This document shows positions 36,038 through 45,700 of a stretch of 64,000 nt of DNA, one piece after another. The position numbers and the translations under genes are program-made. The notes beneath the pieces were generated by a model. It had not been told where the DNA came from. It did not search any database and was given only the letters and a program-made list of their open reading frames with translations. Source of the stretch: Candidatus Omnitrophota bacterium (GTDB lineage Bacteria > Omnitrophota > Gorgyraeia > Zapsychrales > Fredricksoniimonadaceae); assembly GCA_015233145.1 (NCBI GenBank), contig JADFYI010000001.1, forward strand, positions 143,345 to 207,344, in the 5' to 3' direction. Position 1 is the stretch's first letter. Every line of letters begins with the position of its first letter.

Positions 36038-37113
36038 GCGAACGGACAATCATACCTTTTGGGCCCCAGCATCCGGTATTACCCGAGCCGATTCACCTTG
36101 ACCTTGTGGTTGAGGATGAGAAGGTTGTTGAGGCGATCCCTTCCATCGGGTTCATTCACCGCGGCCTGGAACGGCTTGTGGAGAAAAAGGATTTTATTGA
36201 TTTTGTTTATGTCGCGGAACGCATTTGCGGCATCTGCAGTTTTATCCATGGCCTGACCTATTGCATGTCCATTGAAGAACTCATGAAAATTGATGTGCCT
36301 GAGCGCGCGCATTACCTTCGGACAATCTGGTCAGAGCTTTCGCGTATCCACAGCCATTTGTTGTGGCTGGGGCTGACCGCAGACAGTTTCGGGTTTGAGA
36401 GCATGTTCATGCAGTCGTGGCGTCTGCGCGAGTATATCCTCGATATTATTGAAGAAACCACCGGCGGCCGTGTTATTTTCGGTTCTGCCAAAATCGGCGG
36501 CGTGCGCCGGGATATTTCTCCCGAAAAGATGGCTGAGATCATTAAGAAGCTTCGCGGTTATCAAAAGGATGTGCGCGCGTTGTTTGAAGAGCTTTTAAAG
36601 GACGAGACAGTCAAACACCGCATGAAGGGCGTTGGCCTTCTTTCAAAAGAAGAGGCCAAGAGCTTAGGCGCTGTCGGGCCAATGCTCCGTGCGAGCGGAG
36701 TGGCGCAGGATATCCGTATGATGGGGTATGCGTCATACGCAAAAATCGGATTTGAGCCTGTTGTTGAGACCGGAGGCGATTGTTTTGCGCGTTGTCAGGT
36801 CCGTGCGCGGGAAACAGATGCTTCTTTTGATATGATTTATCGCTGCGCTGAACAAATGAAAGAGGGCTCGCTTGATGTGAAGGTAACAGGGTTTCCGAAC
36901 GGCGAATTTTTTGCGCGTTCGGAACAGCCCCGAGGCGAGGTTATTTATTATGCCAAGGCCAATGGCACAAAGTTTCTTGAGCGCATGCGGGTGCGTACGC
37001 CTACTTTTGCAAACATTCCGCCTTTGCTCTCCACATTGCGCGGATGCCAGCTGGCGGATGTTCCGGTCATTATTTTGACAATAGACCCGTGCATCAGTTG
37101 CGCGGAAAGGTAA
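36034..37113 (+). CDS. Group-4 [NiFe]-hydrogenase large (catalytic) subunit, EchE/NuoD-like
   Basis: N-terminal Ni-binding motif RICGICSFIHG and C-terminal DPCISCAER. The protein ends right after the second CxxC, so no C-terminal peptide needs cleaving. Confidence 0.9.
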   Translation: MSERTIIPFGPQHPVLPEPIHLDLVVEDEKVVEAIPSIGFIHRGLERLVEKKDFIDFVYVAERICGICSFIHGLTYCMSIEELMKIDVPERAHYLRTIWSELSRIHSHLLWLGLTADSFGFESMFMQSWRLREYILDIIEETTGGRVIFGSAKIGGVRRDISPEKMAEIIKKLRGYQKDVRALFEELLKDETVKHRMKGVGLLSKEEAKSLGAVGPMLRASGVAQDIRMMGYASYAKIGFEPVVETGGDCFARCQVRARETDASFDMIYRCAEQMKEGSLDVKVTGFPNGEFFARSEQPRGEVIYYAKANGTKFLERMRVRTPTFANIPPLLSTLRGCQLADVPVIILTIDPCISCAER

Positions 37114-37115
37114 CT

Positions 37116-37460
37116 ATGGGTTTTCTGGGAATCTCAAAAACAGTATTAAAGAATTTTGTCACAGGCCCTGTGACAGAGCGTTATCCTTTTGTGCCAAAGA
37201 ATTATCCGGCGGGCGCGCGGGGCAAGGTTGATATTGATATCGCGAAATGCATTTTTTGCGGCATTTGCCAGCGCAAATGCCCGACGGCCGCGATCGTCGT
37301 GACCAAGGAACCTAAAGTGTGGGAGATCGACCGCTTGCGCTGTATTTCCTGCAATTATTGTGTTGAGGTCTGCCCCAAAAAGTGCCTGGCTCTTAATACA
37401 AAATATTCTCCGTGTTCAGCGGAAAGATATAAAGATTCTTTTGCTCCGGAGAAGGCCTGA
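37116..37460 (+). CDS. 2x[4Fe-4S] ferredoxin-like subunit, EchF/NuoI-like
   Basis: CIFCGICQRKCP and CISCNYCVEVCP motifs. The start is set at MGFLGISK (ATG 37116), directly after the large-subunit stop. Confidence 0.82.
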   Translation: MGFLGISKTVLKNFVTGPVTERYPFVPKNYPAGARGKVDIDIAKCIFCGICQRKCPTAAIVVTKEPKVWEIDRLRCISCNYCVEVCPKKCLALNTKYSPCSAERYKDSFAPEKA

Positions 37461-37795
37461 TGCATGAATCCCACCAGGTTCAGCATTTGATCAAGCATGC
37501 CCAGGAACTGCTCCTTGAAAAAAAGATCGTCAAGCCTTCAAGGATCACGATCCTTGTCGGCGAAGCGCTGGGGTTTGACGAGATGTCGGTCAGGCTGCAC
37601 TGGGAAGAGTTTGCGTTGGGGACACCCCTTGAAAGCGCCCAGCTTGTTGTTAATTTCGCGCCTGTTAATTTAAAGTGCCCTGCCTGCCAGTTTGTGTTTT
37701 CTAAAAAGAAATCGCAAATGGATTGCCCGAAATGTCATACCCTTGGCCAGCCGACGGATTCCGGAAAAGAATTTAAGATTGTTTCCATCCATTAA
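37460..37795 (+). CDS. hypA: Hydrogenase nickel-insertion protein HypA
   Basis: MHE N-terminus (Ni site) and a Zn ribbon CPACQ...CPKCH in 111 aa. It overlaps the echF-like stop by 1 nt. Confidence 0.85.
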   Translation: MHESHQVQHLIKHAQELLLEKKIVKPSRITILVGEALGFDEMSVRLHWEEFALGTPLESAQLVVNFAPVNLKCPACQFVFSKKKSQMDCPKCHTLGQPTDSGKEFKIVSIH

Positions 37796-37813
37796 TAATG
37801 TGTCAGATATCTT

Positions 37814-39127
37814 ATGTGTTATGCCATTCCCGGTCGTGTAAAATCGTTTGACGGAAAATTTGCGGTCGTTGATTATTTTGGCGAAGAAAAGAAAGCCATT
37901 AACGAGCTGACAAATCTTCACACGGGTGATTATGTCTATGCCCAGGGTGGTTTTGTCATCAGCCGCGTGTCGCGCTCTGAGGCAGAATCAACGCTCGAAA
38001 CCTGGAAGGATCTTTTTTTTGAATTGCAGGAACTGGATGCGAAGTCAAGTCAGCTGACGCCCTGGGGCAGGAAAAAGTTTGACCGCGTGCGTTTGCTCAT
38101 GGACCGCGCTGCCGCCGGAGAAAAGCTGACTTTGGAGGATATCCTTTATCTTGTCAGGATCAAGGACCCCCAGGAAAGGGAGTTCTTTTTCAGTGCGGCG
38201 AATAATCTTCGCCAGAAGTATCATAAAAATTCCTGCTGTGTGCACGGGATCGTTGAGATATCAAATTATTGCGCTGAACGCTGTCAGTATTGCGGCATTT
38301 CTCTTTTAAATTCAGGTCTGACGCGTTACAGGATGACACCTGATGAGATTTTTGAGGCTGTCCGCGTTGCTGTGATTGACCATGGGTTTAAGGCGCTTGT
38401 CCTCCAAAGCGGGGAAGACGCGGGACGAACAGTTAAGGAGCTTGCGGAGATTGTCGCACAGATCAAGCGCCGTTTTGATGTCCTTATTTTCGTGAGTTTT
38501 GGCGAGGTGGGGTGTGAGGGCCTTAAATCTTTGTATGAGGCGGGCGCAAGGGGGCTGTTGCTGCGTTTTGAAACATCGTCGGCTGAACTCTATGCGCAGG
38601 TTCACCCTGGCTCTCTCCTCAAAGACCGCATTGCCGAGATTCGCGCGGCCGCAGACATGGGATATTTGATCGTGACAGGATCCCTCATTGGCCTGCCGGG
38701 GCAGACCGATGAGGATATTGCGCGAGATCTTATACTGGCAAGGGACCTTAATGTTGAAATGCTTTCCCTGGGGCCAGTTGTACCGCACCCCCAGACGCCG
38801 TTAGCAAGAATTGTCCGGCCATCTGTCACGGATGTGGTGCAGGTTTTGGCAGCGGCGCGTTTTGTCCTGCCGGCACAGGCAAAAATACTGGTAACAACAG
38901 GGCTTGAGACACTGGATGCTTCGGCGCGCCGTGCAGGGCTTATGGCAGGTGCCAATTCCGTGATGCTCAATGTGACACCTGTTGCCCAACGGGCCTTGTA
39001 TGAAATTTATTTGAATCGCGCCCATCAGGATGACCCTTTGGGTGAGCAGGTTGAGGCAACTAAAGCGCTTTTACAGGGTATTGGAAGAGCGCCCACAGAT
39101 TTGAGTGTTGGTATGGATAAAAATTAA
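37814..39127 (+). CDS. Fusion protein: HypC/HupF-like chaperone domain + HydE-like radical-SAM domain
   Basis: The N-terminus MCYAIPGRV...GDYVYAQGGFVISRVSRSEAESTLETWKDLF matches the HypC pattern with Cys2. Residues ~95-437 hold CAERCQYCG (CX3CX2C), RYRMTPDEI, VLQSGED, GLPGQT, GPVVPHPQTPLA and GANSVMLNVTP, collinear with Thermotoga HydE as I recall it. It is one uninterrupted 437-aa ORF. Confidence 0.8.
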   Translation: MCYAIPGRVKSFDGKFAVVDYFGEEKKAINELTNLHTGDYVYAQGGFVISRVSRSEAESTLETWKDLFFELQELDAKSSQLTPWGRKKFDRVRLLMDRAAAGEKLTLEDILYLVRIKDPQEREFFFSAANNLRQKYHKNSCCVHGIVEISNYCAERCQYCGISLLNSGLTRYRMTPDEIFEAVRVAVIDHGFKALVLQSGEDAGRTVKELAEIVAQIKRRFDVLIFVSFGEVGCEGLKSLYEAGARGLLLRFETSSAELYAQVHPGSLLKDRIAEIRAAADMGYLIVTGSLIGLPGQTDEDIARDLILARDLNVEMLSLGPVVPHPQTPLARIVRPSVTDVVQVLAAARFVLPAQAKILVTTGLETLDASARRAGLMAGANSVMLNVTPVAQRALYEIYLNRAHQDDPLGEQVEATKALLQGIGRAPTDLSVGMDKN

Positions 39128-39142
39128 AAAAGGAGTTTTGGT

Positions 39143-40027
39143 ATGCATATCCCCAGTTCAATGTTACATGGCGCTGTTTGCCCGGTCACAGTTGCTGTGA
39201 GTGTAGCCGGTGTTGGCGCAGCGATTTATGTGGCGCGTAAGGTTCAGGAAAAACCAACAGCGCTAAAGTTTGCGACACTTACATGTATGATTTTTGCTTT
39301 GCAGATGCTGAACTTTCCGGTCCAGAACGGGACTTCCGGGCATTTGCTGGGAGGGGTGCTCGCTGTTGCGCTGTTGGGCATTCCTTTTGCAGTCATTGCC
39401 ATGGCCATTGTGTTGACTGTCCAGGCTGTATTTTTTGCTGATGGCGGAGTCAATGCTTTGGGCGCGAATATTATCAATATGAGTTTTATCGGCGCGGCAT
39501 GCGCAGGGTTATTGTTTTATGCCCTAAGGCGTAAAGGCATGGCCCTTGGGATTGCGTTGGCAATCACGTCCTGGATATCGGTTGTCATGGCCAGTGCAGC
39601 GTGTGCGCTTGAGCTTTCGCTTGCAGGTACGGTCAATTTTTCAAAGGCACTTACGGCCATGGTCTCTGTCCATGCCTTGATCGGCCTGGGGGAAGCTGTG
39701 GTAACGGTGGGATTGTTTGCGGCCTTAGAAGCGGTGACCCGTAACCGCAGGTCAGGATTGACAGCTGTCGCTTCATTCGGTGTGGCAGCCATGGCTGCCA
39801 TGCTAAGCCCTTTTGCCAGCAAGTTCCCAGACGGACTTGAATTCGTTTCTAAACAAATGGCTTTTGTCACGTTTAGCAATGTTAAAGTTAATGCGCTCTT
39901 TTCGGATTATCAGATTCCCGCCCTGGGAAGCACGGCCTTGTCAACAATATTGGCTGGCCTTATCGGCGTGGGGATTGTGTTGGCTCTGGCGTATGTTTCA
40001 GCTAGGTCATTGACGCAACGCCAATAA
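39143..40027 (+). CDS. CbiM/NikM-type ECF-transporter substrate component with C-terminal PDGLE domain (Ni/Co uptake)
   Basis: MHIP N-terminus, NGTSGHLLGG, FFADGGVNALGANIINM, then a literal PDGLE motif and a final TM. AAGGAG RBS. Confidence 0.75.
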   Translation: MHIPSSMLHGAVCPVTVAVSVAGVGAAIYVARKVQEKPTALKFATLTCMIFALQMLNFPVQNGTSGHLLGGVLAVALLGIPFAVIAMAIVLTVQAVFFADGGVNALGANIINMSFIGAACAGLLFYALRRKGMALGIALAITSWISVVMASAACALELSLAGTVNFSKALTAMVSVHALIGLGEAVVTVGLFAALEAVTRNRRSGLTAVASFGVAAMAAMLSPFASKFPDGLEFVSKQMAFVTFSNVKVNALFSDYQIPALGSTALSTILAGLIGVGIVLALAYVSARSLTQRQ

Positions 40028-40149
40028 AGCTGAGACAAAAGCAATCCAGCCGTCCATCAAACCATATAAAAAAACATTTTTTATAGTTTCTTTTAATTTT
40101 GGAAAGTTATAATTATAGAAAGATACTATTGTCTCTGAGACTAGTCCCC

Positions 40150-42726
40150 ATGGAGGCGATTTTGATACGTCTGCATCAAAACATTCCTGTTTTTCTAAAA
40201 TCATTGTTTTTTACATTAGTACTTTCCCTGTTTCTGTTCACGGCTCAAGCCACTTCAGCATACACTATCACAAATAACAATGATAATGATGATACCACCC
40301 CGGGTTCATTAAGGACTGCTATTACGAATCACAATACTGATATTGAATTCAATAACATTGGTTCAATTACTTTGCTTTCTAACTTACCTAATATCCTGGG
40401 AGGAGACACAACTTTTGATGTGTTGGGTGCTTATAATGTGACTATACTAAACTTTGGAGTATTTAATAATGACAGTATTCAATTTGAAAATTTGGGAGAG
40501 TCGGGAACATTTACTATTTCCAATTCTCATTGGCAAACCAATTCAATATTATATGTTGCCATGACCCAAAGTGGTACGTTGAATATTTCTAATGGTTCCT
40601 TAATGGAAAGCTCTGATGGATATGTGGGAGCTAGTGCAGGTTCTATTGGCAGTGTGACTGTGGATAGCGCTTCCCAATGGAACCTGACGGGGAATCTGTA
40701 TGTTGGCGGAACCGGCACAGGGACATTGCAGATATCTGGCGGCGGTGTTGTGAATTGCTATGACGCAATTATTGGCAATGATTTAACTGCGGTTGGTAAT
40801 GTGACTGTCAGCGGTTCTGGATCCAAGTTAAAAGCAGCTGACGGCCTCGAAGTTGCCTCGACTGGCACAGGAACGCTTACAATTTCCAACGGCGGGACAG
40901 TCACGGTTAATAATGGTGCAGGAACAGTTCTTTTGGCAGGGGATGATCCGGCTGCTGTAGGCACGCTTAATATCGGAGCCGGCGCATCAGCAGGAACCTT
41001 GGAGGCTCTCACCGTTTCCGGCGGCGATGGCACGGCTGTTGTTAATTTTGACCATAATGAAACAGCTTACAATTTTTCCCCGACCCTTTCCGATAATTTA
41101 AGTGTTAACTTAAACGGCACAGGCGCCACAATCCTTTCCGGCTCAAACAATTATACAGGCCCAACCACTGTCAATGACGGAACCCTTCGCCTGAACAGCG
41201 CCAGCATCAGCGCTTCAGCTGTTACGGTTAAAAGCGGGGCGAAGTTGGCAGGCAAGGGCACTCTGGGAGGCGCGCTCGACATGAAGTCGGGCAGTTCTTT
41301 TGACGTCACGTTAAAGAATACGACAACGTATGACCAGATACGCCTTACCCATAACGGCAATGTCTTTGAAAGCAATGTCACGGTTAACGTGACATTAGAT
41401 GCCGGCGCGTCCATCAGTAACGGCAACCAGTTTTTAATCATCCGAAGCGACGGAACCATAACCACAGCGACCCCTACAATCGTATTCGGGGATTCCAGTT
41501 GGACTTTTAGTCCCAGTTGGGGGACTCTTGATACGTTATATGGATTGATCCTCACGGCGCAGGCACCCCATACAGCGACCTATGTTTCACAGACCACAAC
41601 GCAGGATGCCCAGGGTCCTGCCGCGGCTTTGGATAATGCCAAGTCTGCTGGCGCATCAGGGGACATGCAAACAGTATTAAATACGTTGGATAATCTTTCT
41701 GGCGATCAATTGACGTCCGCGCTTGATGCCATGCTTCCGGACATCAGCGGGTCTAATCCCCAGGTTTCTGTGCAATTGTTGGATCAGTTTGTAGGCGCGC
41801 AGATGAATCATTTGGGCGGCGTGTCAGAGTTGGCGTTGGCGGATGATACCACACCCCAAACCGGCGTGTCCGCAGGGGAAGCGCCCAGTCCCTATTCCAC
41901 ATGGTTTAAGGGATTCGGCAGTTATGCCCATCAAGACCCCCGGGGAACAAGCCAGGGATATAATTTTTCCAATGTCGGCGGCGCTCTTGGCGTTGACATG
42001 AAGGCCTCTGACACTGTGACAACAGGTTTGGCTTTTGGTAACTCTGAAAGCTGGGTGCGCTCCAAGGACAGCGCTGCACGTACACTCATCAATGCCTCGC
42101 AGGTGTCCTGGTACAGCGGATTTAAACCTATTTCCAACCCATGGTATTTCAATACCGCATTCACATATGCGTATAATCAATATGTTGGATCAAGAGAGAT
42201 TCATATCAGTCCCACGGATAATCGCGTCGCCAATGCCCATTATCGCGGAGGTCTTTATGGCGCGGCCCTGGAAACAGGTTACGCCATTAAACTCGGCAAA
42301 GTAATCTTCACGCCATTGACCGCATTGTCTTACAGCCGTTTACATGTGGCGAAATACGCAGAAGCAGGTGCTGACGCGTTAGACCTGAATGTCAATGAAC
42401 AAAATTATGATAACTTGCGCACGGCCCTGGGGGGAAAGCTCGAGGTTAAGCGAGAGTTTTCCTGGGGGTCATTACTGCCTGAAATTCATGCCAGGTATTC
42501 GTACGATATCATTGCGGACAGGCAGAATATGGTGGCTTCCTTTGCCGGAGGCGGCACAGCTTTTACAACACAGGGCTATAAGCCGGCAAAGTCCGGGGCC
42601 AGCGTGGGAACAGCGGTCACCCTTGCGACGAAAAGAAATATCACAATCTCGTTGGAGTATGACCTGGAACTCCGTGAAGATTATTACGCCCACACAGGAT
42701 TCCTGAACGTGACGTTTAAATTCTAA
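40150..42726 (+). CDS. Autotransporter (type Va) outer-membrane protein
   Basis: Signal peptide LFFTLVLSLFLFTAQATSA. Passenger with repeated GTGTLxISNGGxV and NYTGPTTVNDGTLRL beta-strand repeats. C-terminal beta-barrel of about 280 aa ending NVTFKF. The start could also be 40099. Confidence 0.82.
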   Translation: MEAILIRLHQNIPVFLKSLFFTLVLSLFLFTAQATSAYTITNNNDNDDTTPGSLRTAITNHNTDIEFNNIGSITLLSNLPNILGGDTTFDVLGAYNVTILNFGVFNNDSIQFENLGESGTFTISNSHWQTNSILYVAMTQSGTLNISNGSLMESSDGYVGASAGSIGSVTVDSASQWNLTGNLYVGGTGTGTLQISGGGVVNCYDAIIGNDLTAVGNVTVSGSGSKLKAADGLEVASTGTGTLTISNGGTVTVNNGAGTVLLAGDDPAAVGTLNIGAGASAGTLEALTVSGGDGTAVVNFDHNETAYNFSPTLSDNLSVNLNGTGATILSGSNNYTGPTTVNDGTLRLNSASISASAVTVKSGAKLAGKGTLGGALDMKSGSSFDVTLKNTTTYDQIRLTHNGNVFESNVTVNVTLDAGASISNGNQFLIIRSDGTITTATPTIVFGDSSWTFSPSWGTLDTLYGLILTAQAPHTATYVSQTTTQDAQGPAAALDNAKSAGASGDMQTVLNTLDNLSGDQLTSALDAMLPDISGSNPQVSVQLLDQFVGAQMNHLGGVSELALADDTTPQTGVSAGEAPSPYSTWFKGFGSYAHQDPRGTSQGYNFSNVGGALGVDMKASDTVTTGLAFGNSESWVRSKDSAARTLINASQVSWYSGFKPISNPWYFNTAFTYAYNQYVGSREIHISPTDNRVANAHYRGGLYGAALETGYAIKLGKVIFTPLTALSYSRLHVAKYAEAGADALDLNVNEQNYDNLRTALGGKLEVKREFSWGSLLPEIHARYSYDIIADRQNMVASFAGGGTAFTTQGYKPAKSGASVGTAVTLATKRNITISLEYDLELREDYYAHTGFLNVTFKF

Positions 42727-42768
42727 ATCCTGAATTCTAAAATAAATCCATATTCCAGAGGCACATCT

Positions 42769-45700
42769 GTGCAACACCAACAAGGCCAATTTCAAAGTTT
42801 CGATGGTCTGAGCCTTTTTTATCAGTCCTGGAAACCTGCCCAAGAGCCGCGGGCCGTCATCGTCATTATCCACGGCAGTCTGGAACACAGCAGCCGGTAT
42901 AACGACATTGCCAGCCACCTGGTTAATCAGGGTTATGCGGTCTATGCTTTTGACATGCGCGGCCATGGACGTTCCGGTGGAGAACGGGTTTTTATCCGTT
43001 CTTTTGAAACCATTTACCAGGATGTGGATGCTTTCCTTGATTACGTGCGAAAAGAGGAGCCCAAGGGAAAAATATTTCTTCTCGGACATAGTGTTGGCGC
43101 GGCTATTACGGTTGCTTTTTTGATCACGCGCACCCCGACGATAGCCGCTGGCGCCATTTTGAGCGCGCCGCCTCTTAAAAACAACAGCAGCGTCCCGTTT
43201 CCTGTTCAGATTTTAACATCCGCATGCGCCTTCTTTTTTCCACGATTGAAACTTTATAAACTCAACTCCAAACTAGTGTCCCGCGACCGTGCGGTCATTG
43301 CCAGTTACGACAATGATCCCCTGGTTTATAAAGACGGGATCTGTGCCGCAACCCTGCAAGCGTTTATTCACAACAACAGGATGATCCAGAAACAGATGGA
43401 ACGGCTTACAACTCCTTTTCTGGTCATGCACGGGACAGCAGATTATCTTTCTGACATGGCAGGGAGCCAGGAGCTTTTTGCCCGTGCCAGTGCTACGGAC
43501 AAGACAATTAAATTGTTTGATAATTTTTATCATGAACTTTTTAATGAGCCTGGCAGAGAAAAAGTTTTTGATGAAGTTGCGCGCTGGATAGAGCTTCGCC
43601 TGGGCAATGAAGCTTTTCATGAAACAGAATTTCTTATCCCTGATAAATTTGAAAATACGGCACGCCAGTTTCCTCTACGCATCGCGTTTCAGTACCAGGA
43701 GGGTGGGGAGTGGCGTTATATCACTTACCAGGAGCTTTTAACCTCGGTTGTTAAAATAGCAGGTTTTCTTTTGAAGCAGGGCCTGGGCCAAGGGGATTGC
43801 ACCGCGATTGTGCTTGAGAATCGGCCGCAGTGGCCCATGGTTTACCTTGGCGCACTCAAGGCCGGTCTTACTTGCGTTCCCATAGACCCACATTTGTCAC
43901 CGGAAGAAATTAAAAATCTTCTCATAAACAGCGCCTCGAAGGCGTTGTTTTGTTCTTACGAACTTTGGACACAACTCAACAATGCGGGCCTGCCGGCCTC
44001 TTTGTCCAGAACAATTGTGTTGGATGCAGAGGGTGACATTTCACAAAAATTTATGCCTTTTACTGCCATTGATGAAGCATCGGGCGATATTCTTCATTGG
44101 CCAAAGATCAGCTCCAACGAAATTGCGTCGTTGCTTTACACCTCAGGCACCACAGGGCAGCCTAAGGGTGTTATGTTGTCGCACAAAAATATTTGTGCCA
44201 ATTTTCACAGTATCAATAAACTAAACCTTTATTATCCGTCGGATAATGTGCTGGCGCTTTTACCTTTGTACCATACCTATGCTTTTATGGTGACGCTCAT
44301 TACTCCGCTTTTTTTGGGCGGCCGCGTTACTTTTTGCCCATCGGGATTCAAGCCTGAGGACTTGGCTGGTATCATTCGGGAATCCGAAGTCTCGCTTCTG
44401 ATCGGCATCCCGCGGGTGTTTGCGCTTTTTCTTTCTGCAATATTGGAAAAGTTAAAACCTGTGCCTTCTTTTTTACGCAGCCTTGTGGTTCCATTAATTC
44501 GTCATGAGCTTCGCCAAAAATTTGGAAAGTGGCTCAGGCTTTTTGTTAGCGGCGGCGCCAGGCTTGAGGCTGAGACGAGCCGTGATATTACGAAATATTT
44601 TGGCCTTAAAATTTTAAACGGTTACGGGATCACGGAAACGTCTCCGGTTGTTACCCTGACCAGGCCTGACCGTATTCGATTCGGAACAGTGGGCACGCCT
44701 ATTCCTGATGTAAAAATCAAAATCCTTGATCCTGACAAAGAGGGGATTGGTGAAATCCTTATCAGCGGGGCCAACGTGTTTAAGGGGTATTTTAAACAGC
44801 CTGAACTGACAACCCAGGCCATTGAGAATAGCTGGTTTCATTCAAACGACCTGGGCTTTATTGATAAAGACGGCAACCTGCACATTGCGGGCCGAAAGAA
44901 CGATGTGATCATCCTGGCGTCAGGGAAGAACATTTACCCTGAGGAGCTGGATGAATATTACGGCCGTTCTCCATTTATCAAGGAAATTTGTACCATCACC
45001 CGTGAGGAAAAGGTTTTTGGCCATAATAAAGAAGTGCTTTTTGCCGTGATTGTTCCCAATCTTGACTATTTCAAGAAGATTAATGAAACCAACATTAATG
45101 ACAAAATTCGCTGGGAACTCGAGAACATGGGGAAGGCCTTGCCTGCTTATAAACATCTTATGGGCTTTGCCTTGACCACCACTGAGTTTCCGCGTAATGC
45201 CTTGCGTAAAATCAAACGTTTTGAGGTGCGTAATCAATTTCACGATGCCCTTCACCAGGTAGATGCTAACTCGGCGCAAGCTTCGGAAGGCCTGGATTTA
45301 AATGAGACTGCTACTGCCAAAAAAACCATAGAATACATCTCCTCCCAGGTAAGTCGCCCTGTGACCCAAAAAAGCCATCTGGAAATTGACCTGGGAATTG
45401 ATTCTTTAACGCGGATTGAACTTGCCCTTGGCCTTGAAGCTATTTTTAAAATCAAGATTCCGGAAAAGGCTATTTATCAAGTGGCCACCATCAAGGACTT
45501 GATTGAGCTTGTCTCTTCCCTGAGACAGGAAGCTTCCGCGGTGTCCTCCCTGGAAAAAGAGGATTGGATTAAAACTCTGCTCAAACAGCCTGATGACGAG
45601 ACGCTTGCCAAGATTGAACTCAAAACAGGTTTCTTTGAATACATTCTTACAGGGTTCTTTAAAATATTCTACGCCTTTTGGTTCAAAATCCTGTGGTTTT

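Noticed and set aside
38312-38970. 158-aa and 122-aa minus-strand ORFs inside the HypC-radical-SAM gene
   Set aside because: They are antisense to a gene with full-length family similarity and have no features of their own.
42472-43089. 205-aa minus-strand ORF spanning the autotransporter end and the start of the four-domain gene
   Set aside because: It overlaps two strongly supported plus-strand genes and has no recognisable features.
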